From Flectonema sp. DT1601 (lineage: Eukaryota), in contig OZ025793.1 in the NCBI GenBank assembly GCA_964019425.1, positions 558,001-622,000 of the forward strand: 64,000 nucleotides of DNA. The letters run 5' to 3'. The notes under the pieces are model-generated. The model was not told the DNA's origin, did not search any database, and was given only the letters and a program-made list of their open reading frames with translations. The position numbers were made by a program, and so were the translations under genes. Shown piece after piece: positions 56,551-64,000 of this stretch (position 1 is its first letter; each line of letters begins with the position of its first letter).

Positions 56551-59112
56551 ATGACCTACTTGACTGAAGAAGGGTCGTCTCAAAGTAGACCACTTTCGTC
56601 TAGTGGATTGTCGTCGAGCAACTACTCATCAGCGACTAACAGTCCGAGAGTATGTTCGCCAAGTGGTTGGAATAGTTTGAAGTTTGCTCTTCAGAATGGA
56701 GCTCTACAACAATTACTTCTAAAAGAAGCAACAAGCATAGGAGAATTAGTTGGTGTAGTCTTACAGTGTGAGAAGAAATATCAGGGAATATATAGAAAAG
56801 TACAACCTGTTCTTAAAGAGTACGGATGGCATGGGATGGGATTCACGCATTGTGAATCCTTTGAAGATATCAGACGTGGGATGGTTGAAGCAGTCACAGC
56901 AACAGAAAAGAGGCGCTGGTCTTTAAAACAGCCACCGACATTAATGAGTAGGCTAGTTATTATGGAACAACAACTAATGGCTGCTCATGATAAATGTGTC
57001 GAGAACGATGCTCCAACAGGTCACCTCACACTTGTCTTCACAGATGTCCAAGCATCAACCAGTCTTTGGGAAAAATCACCCAACTCAATGAAACAAGCCC
57101 TTTTCATTCACAACAAACTCATGCGTCGTTTGATTCATAAATGGGGTGGCTACGAAGTTAAAACTGAAGGTGATGCTTTTATGTGTAGTTTTTCAAGAAC
57201 ATCAGTTGCCTTACATTGGGCAATGGACCTTCAGAATTCATTAATTCAATGCGAATGGCCACAAGAAATCTTAGCCATGTCACCATCAAGTGAGGTCAAA
57301 GATCCATCAAATTCTAAAACAATCCTTTTTAATGGATTGCGAGTCAGGGTTGGTATTCATTCTGGAGAACCAGACAATGAAAGGGATCCGGTAACAGGTC
57401 GATGTGACTATTTCGGAAAAGACGTAAACATGGCTGCCAGAGTAAGCGGTCTAGCAAGGGGAGGAGAAACACTACTGAGCACTGCCGCCTACCGGGATTT
57501 GCAAAAACAGGGAGCGTTACCCGACAAATTAATACACTTAGTACCTCAAGGAGCTAAGAAGTTAAAAGGTATAGTCGAATCACAGGAGGTGTTTTCGGTA
57601 TTGCCTGTTGCACTTAATGGACGTGATGAGTACTGGAGTGAAAAGCATTCTGACAACCCCAAGCTGTCTGGTTCTTGGGCTCGACGAATTGGTATGGAAT
57701 GGCAACAAAAGACTTCAACAACTATAAATAGAAGACGTAAGATTTCAGTATTGGAGTACAAAGCTGACAGACTTCACAAAAAAATAGAATTTTTTGCTGA
57801 TCAACTTCGACAATCAGAAATGTCGAACATGCAACTCCACGACACCTTCACTGTAGCAGTAAAGCCTTCTGATAACGACGCCTACATAATGCATGTCGAC
57901 TTTAAGAGAAGAACTAAATCAGATGTCCCTAATGAGATTTATCATAATATCTCATCTTGTTTAATCAGAAAGAGTGATTCTTGGAACGGATTCGTATCGC
58001 AGCCGCTCACTTCATCTTCTGTCGGAAAGATATCTTTCTGGAATCAAGAAGATGCCGTGAGATGTGCAGGTGACATTCACTCTGCTCTTCTGTCAGTGGA
58101 TTGGTCATCAGCTGTAATGAAAAACTATCCAATCTCAATTGGTAATTCAGAGAAAGTATTATCAGGTCCTGCGGTACAAATCAGTTTAGGACCTTCTTCT
58201 GAAGAACCTGACATCCGTGAAGGATTATCAAAAGCGAGATCGGGGGAAACTATTGCGGTGATCGAGCAATGGAAAGATGTGTCTGCGAATGTTATAAAAG
58301 AAAAAGATTCAATTCATTTATCAGTTCTACCAACCAGACTCTCAGAGAGATGGAATCACTGGGGAGGGACTGGTAGTACAACAGTCTCACCTTCTAATAA
58401 GGAATTACCCATCAGTGGAGGTCGTCGTTTATCAGGTGGAAAACAACTACTGAGCGCTTCATCTTTCACTTCTAACTGTTCATCAAGACCTACTACTCCA
58501 AAGAGTCCCAGTACTGCTGGTCTCGCTCTCACTAAGCGCGACTCACGCCTTTCCGAATTGGTGAGGGCGAATGAAATTCTTGAGAAGAAAGATTCTTACA
58601 TCGGTATTTTAAAAGAGAAAGAAGAGACTCGTAGGCAGCAACATGATGCCGAGTTGCGTGAGAAGGACAGGATTATCGCCGAACTGGAGGCAAAACTAGA
58701 GCAACAACAACAACCAGCATCTAGACCTAGTGAGATCATTATAACTCATGATGACAGACCTAATGCATTGTTTTCACCACCTGCATCAAGGAATGGAAAT
58801 TTGTTATCTCTAGCGCCTCCGTCAGCTGGTGTGGGAGTACTCACGCAGGCTGTAGAAAGGGCCAATGCAGGTGGGATTCAATCTTTACCTGCTTCCCTAC
58901 AGCGTAAGGTTAGAAGGAATTCACATCCTCCTCCTCTAACTCTAACACCAAATGCAGGTCCATCAACACCTCACCGTACAGTGAGTAACTTACAAGCTCT
59001 GTCTTGTCCTCCAAGTCCTAATCACAGTTTGCTTACTGCGAGAGCTCAAACGACTTTGAGCACTTCTAACTTGGAATTTACTCCTGGTAGGCTACGAGCA
59101 AGACGTGAGTAG
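56551..59112 (+). CDS. Soluble class III adenylate/guanylate cyclase with a second degenerate cyclase domain
   Basis: TLVFTDVQASTSLWE, GYEVKTEGDAFM, GLRVRVGIHSG, DYFGKDVNMAARV; the Lys in VKTEGD suggests ATP specificity. The ATG at 56551 is preferred because the upstream one lies in a T-tract. Confidence 0.9.
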   Translation: MTYLTEEGSSQSRPLSSSGLSSSNYSSATNSPRVCSPSGWNSLKFALQNGALQQLLLKEATSIGELVGVVLQCEKKYQGIYRKVQPVLKEYGWHGMGFTHCESFEDIRRGMVEAVTATEKRRWSLKQPPTLMSRLVIMEQQLMAAHDKCVENDAPTGHLTLVFTDVQASTSLWEKSPNSMKQALFIHNKLMRRLIHKWGGYEVKTEGDAFMCSFSRTSVALHWAMDLQNSLIQCEWPQEILAMSPSSEVKDPSNSKTILFNGLRVRVGIHSGEPDNERDPVTGRCDYFGKDVNMAARVSGLARGGETLLSTAAYRDLQKQGALPDKLIHLVPQGAKKLKGIVESQEVFSVLPVALNGRDEYWSEKHSDNPKLSGSWARRIGMEWQQKTSTTINRRRKISVLEYKADRLHKKIEFFADQLRQSEMSNMQLHDTFTVAVKPSDNDAYIMHVDFKRRTKSDVPNEIYHNISSCLIRKSDSWNGFVSQPLTSSSVGKISFWNQEDAVRCAGDIHSALLSVDWSSAVMKNYPISIGNSEKVLSGPAVQISLGPSSEEPDIREGLSKARSGETIAVIEQWKDVSANVIKEKDSIHLSVLPTRLSERWNHWGGTGSTTVSPSNKELPISGGRRLSGGKQLLSASSFTSNCSSRPTTPKSPSTAGLALTKRDSRLSELVRANEILEKKDSYIGILKEKEETRRQQHDAELREKDRIIAELEAKLEQQQQPASRPSEIIITHDDRPNALFSPPASRNGNLLSLAPPSAGVGVLTQAVERANAGGIQSLPASLQRKVRRNSHPPPLTLTPNAGPSTPHRTVSNLQALSCPPSPNHSLLTARAQTTLSTSNLEFTPGRLRARRE

Positions 59113-61000
59113 ATGTTCACGACTCCTGTTTTCTATTATAAAAAACATACCACAGTAATGTGATAGTGTTTTCAATCAACGGTCAATTCTTTCAGTTACG
59201 TTACTCTGAAAAGACACAAACAAACAAGTATCACAAATCTTGAATAGTGCAAACCCCGTCCAACAAGATTTTGACTTTTGCGAAAAACCGGTGTACAGTT
59301 GATTTTAATTGATTTTAGAGCCACCTCTCACATATAGCGAAGCTGACTATGATGAGAATACGGTGGAAGTGCCGTTTGAGGAGTTAAATTTCACGAGTAT
59401 TAATCAAACAATTGATGACTTGTCCAACAGATGAATCAACCAACGCGGTGGACCAACCACGTGAAAATACATATGTCACGACGGTTAGGAGTAACATTCT
59501 TTTTTAATCCACGTCTCCGCTTTTATTTTCTATCGACAATTTTCAGTTCTCAGAAGTTTTGTTCATCACGGAATTCTGTGAGTGACACACCTGAGCAATC
59601 CCTCTCTATAAATCCCTTAAAAACCATACCATGATAACGGGATAATATTGTAACTGTGAAAATTTGTCGTAAAAAAAATAGATGCTTTTTTTTTTGTTAG
59701 GTTTTATTTTTTTCTTAGTAAATGCCTCATATCATAAGTGAGGTTTCTGTGAATGACATGCGGAAAAAAATACTTTGTCAGTCCCTTTGTAGGAGATACT
59801 TGTGAATATCTGGAGTTTAAAGACCTAAAATCAATGAGGTGGCGAAAGTATTCTGTTCCATGCTTCAGATGGCCACGAATAGAGAGAATGTAAGTGTTTT
59901 GTTTTGGTAGTAAGGTCCTGCATTGTTTTGGAAAAAGAAAAAAAAACTGAGACAGTGTCGTTCACTGAGTCTATCCCTTCCTCTTCTTTTTTCCCTCCCC
60001 CGTTTTTTTTCCCTTTTTTTTTGTGTCCACACTATGGCGTAGTGGAAGGAAATATAGCAAATCCGTTGGGGTCACGGTTCGTGTTTTAGTTTTGCCCCAG
60101 TTTTTTAGGTCCTGTCTTGCGGGTACCACCCCTGTAGTTCCTGACGAGACTGCGATAAAGCAAAAAACGTTTTTGTGGATTTTGTATAGCTGTAGTTCTT
60201 GTGTAAGGATGCTCATTCTCCTTAGCGCTTATTTACTTCTCTCCCCCCCCGTCTGCACCGTGAACCACCGTCAGAAATGTAGTTGATTGACTTGTCCACT
60301 CAGCACCAAAATAGGGTGTTAGTCCTCGTTTCTGTTTTTATTAGTTTTGTTGCTTTCGTAACACCTCAGAAGTTGGGGATCACGCAATCGTTAAATTCCA
60401 ACCTTCTTAGTTGTAACTAGAACCAGTGTAGGTGTTTCGAATTACCTGATCTCTCTCTCTCCTCCTTTCCTTTTCTTTTTTTTTTTTGATCTGGTCAGGT
60501 CTTGCTGACTGGTTATCTCAGTTTTGCTTATGTCTTTATGTCTCTATTCTCAAAATCTGGTTTGGTTGTTGCGTAGTAGTTCCTAAAAGAAGATTCGAAC
60601 TTTTTTTTGGAATTTCAAAAAAAAAAAAAAAAAGAAAGAAAGTGTACCCGATAATGTTAAGTATTGTGCTGTTGTCCCTTGTTGATAGGTACTCGTTAGC
60701 AGGTGGGATTAGACAGCCACTCATCGACGACGCAACTTCAATGGAACTGAGCTAGTAGTAGTGGGAGGAGAGAGTCCTATATTTCTGCGAACAAAAAAAA
60801 AAAAAAAACCTAACCACAATTTTCTATATCGCTCACAGTGAAATTTATCTACAAACGAATTAACCATTGTGAAGCAAAAATTGTAAGGCATCAAAGATTT
60901 ATTTAGTTATTTTTGGGCTTAAATTTCCGTTTTTTCATTTTTCATTTTTTTTTTTTTGTTCTTTCTTTTTTGTACTCTACTTACTGTCTCAAAAAATTAC

Positions 61001-61124
61001 TTTTGTACCGACACGTAGTCGGAGAAGAAACTATTCAGATTGAAAGCCGTTATTTCTTATGGTCATGATTTATACTCTCCCGTGCGACAGGATTCTGTCT
61101 GCGTTCAAACGATACTATAATCTG
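61001..61124. repeat. Dispersed repeat, copy 2 (inverted relative to 3686-3808)
   Basis: TTTTGTACCGAC(AC)GTAGTCGGAGAAGAAACTATTCAGATTGAAAGCCG is the reverse complement of 3761-3808. Confidence 0.85.
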
Positions 61125-61296
61125 GTCAAATAAGACAAAAAAAATGTAGTTTCCCTTTATGTTTTGTTTTTTTCTAAACGTACCTTTTCTTTGATTAATA
61201 ACTACAAATATTTTTTCAGTCAAGTACTTGATATTTTTGATTTGTTTTTAATACTTACAGTTGTTACTGTTTTTACATTGTCAAAGTTTCACCCTA

Positions 61297-61338
61297 TGCG
61301 ACAGGTTTCTGTCTGCGTTCAACGAGGCTAATCTGAAT

Positions 61339-61343
<5 letters not shown>
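61297..61343. repeat. Dispersed repeat, partial copy 3
   Basis: TGCGACAGGTTTCTGTCTGCGTTCAACGA..AATCTGAATGGTTT matches 61083-61124 and the reverse complement of 3686-3735. Confidence 0.75.
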
Positions 61344-61374
<31 letters not shown>

Positions 61375-61578
61375 GTTCCTTTCATTTTCTTCATTACTTT
61401 CTAACGCGAAATAAGGCTTATTTCAACAAACAAACAAACATCGCAGTTACATCTGCATTAGCACGGAGAGGGAGTGAGAACTGGTAAAAAAAAATAATTT
61501 ATAAAAAAAAAAAAGAAAAAACACTACCGCATTCTTTCCTCTCTGTCAAGTGCGAATGAGAAGCAATCGCTTCATTTA

Positions 61579-61602
61579 GGGGGGGGGGGGGGGGGGGGGG
61601 GG
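61579..61602 (+). repeat. G24 homopolymer (G-quadruplex-capable)
   Basis: 24 consecutive G followed by TAGGG in AT-rich intergenic DNA. Confidence 0.9.
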
Positions 61603-62155
61603 TAGGGATGAGAAATAGAAATAGAAAAAGAATAATAACAATAATTAAGAAAACACAATGGTAAGATATGTGAGAGTCTCACGGTTGCTAATATAACTAT
61701 TGTTACCCTGTTGAGGTTTTTCTGACTCTTGGCTCCGTAGGTTTCGTAAGATAATTGCATTCGAAAATGAATATTTTTTTGCTCCTTTTTTTTTAAATCC
61801 AACACAGTAAAAAACACGGTTTGCTTCGATTGTAGTAAAAATTATGTCGTTCTTTTTATTCCTAAAAACAAATTCTTAAGCTTCGAAAACTTACTCTGTT
61901 TGCTTTAACGAGAAAAGGACAAACCTGTACAGTTGATCTCTTTTGTTAATAAAGTGTCTTTCTCACCAAGCGCGAGTTACATAACAGTTTTTGCGTGCTA
62001 ACCGCTGAGCTGTTTATTTTTTTATTTTTATTTTTATTCAATTTAATCCCTCTATAAGAATATCGTTCGCTGTGAACCTCACCCCTTTCTTTTATGTTAT
62101 ATGCTGTTAGAAGTTGTTTTGGTTTTTTTTTTTATTAAATTTTTCTACAAGTGCG

Positions 62156-62193
<38 letters not shown>

Positions 62194-63625
62194 GCAGAAT
62201 CGCTAAAAGACCTTCCTTGACGATTCGCATGGAGATCGCTTACGTAATTTCGTATACTCATCACCACTGCTGTTTAATTAGTAGCTGAGTGTTTTCTTTG
62301 ATTTTTCCTGCTTGAATGCGGAGTGCGTCTCTATACGTGGCCAGTTGTTTTATATGTTTCTTTTTTTTTTTTTTTTTTTTTTTTTTCCCCCTTCTTTTCT
62401 GTATCAAAAAACAGCAGTTAAACAATCGTAACAGGTTTGCTCAACATTCGAATTTTCTACATTCGAATTCTCAAAATATGTTTAATAGAATAGCATTGAA
62501 TTTATCTTCTGAACACACCCGTGCGAAATTTATGTTCTTCATTCGGATCAGTACGTTACGGAATTGAGTTTCTGCATTATTTGCACAGGTAAGATTATTT
62601 ATACTGCTTGTTGTAATTATCTGTTTTCGTTTTCTTTTCCTTGTTGTTTGTTGAGTCTTCAATAGAGACGTTAGGGGCCTGGATGTCAGCAACCCTTATT
62701 ACCAAACGGGAAAAAAAAATAAAAAAAATAAAAAAGAAAAACGATCGAACGCACAATTTGTTGCGATGCCTCTGTTTATCCTTTTTTTTTAAACAAACTT
62801 GTTGTAATTACCATACTCAGTGATTGGGTCCTACTAAGGTTACCCAGACCCCCCCCGCAGTCATCATTTCTGGATTTGCTAACTACAACATCAACATATT
62901 ATATCTTCAGTTCTGTGGTTACAAGTCTTCGAAGAGAATACAAAAAAAAAAAAAAAAAAAACGCGTCTGAATGCCAACGCTTAGTCTAACTGCCTCTTTA
63001 GGTAGCCAAGTCCCTCGTTTTTTTTTTAATTTTAAGACACGCATGAATGGATCAAGAGGTTTAGCAATAAGCATTCCTTGCTTAGTAGTTGGTTTATATA
63101 GCTTGGCATCAGCATTACGTACGTGGTATCACCCCTTCACTTTCCCCCCCCATTCCCTCTTCAAACCGAACACCTTATTGTAAGTGTTAGAAGAAAAAAA
63201 AACAATCAATCAAGACAAACAAAAAAAAAAAAAAATAATAAAAAAGAAATCATTGGCGTATGCCTTCTTTCCCAGTCACAGATAGTATTCGCAAAGTGAT
63301 AGAAATATGGACCTGTGTTCATTCTGGCTCTTGTGAATTAACGAAAACCAATAAATAAGAGAAGTAAGACAGACTACGAATAGTCCTCTTCTCCACAAAA
63401 TCCGTTCCGATTTTCTAATACAAGTTCCCCTTTTCTTTTCTTGATTCTTGACTACGAGTAATAATATTTAGTTTACATTTAACATCCTTCTTAACAGCTA
63501 CAGTAACTGTTTAATGAAATAGAACTGCGCGGAACTAATCAAAAAGAAGGCAAACGTTCTGTTGTACAAAAAACAAACAAACTCATTCCTCCTACAGGAT
63601 ATTTCTCTAATCTCTGTATAATAAT

Positions 63626-64000
63626 ATGACTGGGGTACTCCGTATCATGAGAAGCAGCCTTGCGCGTCAATCCTTCGGAGGATTTCAAACCGCGCGTGTG
63701 AATATGCAGCCTATGCGATTTCAGCAGGTGAGATGGAACACTGAAAAAGCCGAGAAGGAGTCCGAACAAGATACCAACAAGAATGCGGCAGAGGCAGAAA
63801 CTGAGGAAGTTGATGCCGAGAAGGACCCTAACTTGGTAAAGATTGAACAATTGCAGAAGGACTTGGCGTACGCCCTGGCTGAGGGTGACAACGCGAGAAA
63901 AATTGCAAAGAAGGACATTGAAGCCGCACGTAAATTTGCGCTTCAGAAGTTTGCGAAGGACCTTCTTGAGGTATCTGACAACATGGACCGTGCGATTTCT
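63626..64000 (+). CDS. grpE: Mitochondrial GrpE (Mge1-like) nucleotide exchange factor, 5' part, runs off the window
   Basis: Not in the ORF track. Translation gives an Arg/Ser-rich presequence MTGVLRIMRSSLARQSF, then YALAEGDNARKIAKKDIEAARKFALQKFAKDLLEVSDNMDRA. Confidence 0.93.
   Translation, partial: MTGVLRIMRSSLARQSFGGFQTARVNMQPMRFQQVRWNTEKAEKESEQDTNKNAAEAETEEVDAEKDPNLVKIEQLQKDLAYALAEGDNARKIAKKDIEAARKFALQKFAKDLLEVSDNMDRAIS

Overview
AT-rich eukaryotic nuclear DNA. About 18 protein genes all lie on the + strand in one co-directional cluster, several split by GT-AG introns. The unidirectional layout, kinetoplastid-style class III cyclase, tandem cathepsin L array and euglenozoan-like 18S fragment point to a euglenozoan, probably an intron-bearing diplonemid (inference). 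Genes in order: USP deubiquitinase (3' part), Ser/Asp-rich protein, GT61 glycosyltransferase, CCCH protein, a 3-exon small membrane protein missed by the ORF track, two hypothetical proteins around HutI, a ~2390-aa huntingtin-like protein, a degenerate kinesin with coiled coil, five cathepsin L copies, a ~4985-aa secreted Ser/Thr-LamG-PAN-EGF protein, a basic protein, a soluble two-domain nucleotide cyclase and mitochondrial GrpE (5' part). Most notable: every intron has a U-rich 5' end and an A/C-rich, partly complementary 3' end with no polypyrimidine tract, and the same T-arm/A-arm foldback fills the intergenic DNA. Also notable: the huntingtin homologue, an intronic structured 195-bp repeat with a telomere-template-like motif, and a stem-loop conserved across diverged cathepsin 3' flanks. 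All calls are by eye; no searches were run.
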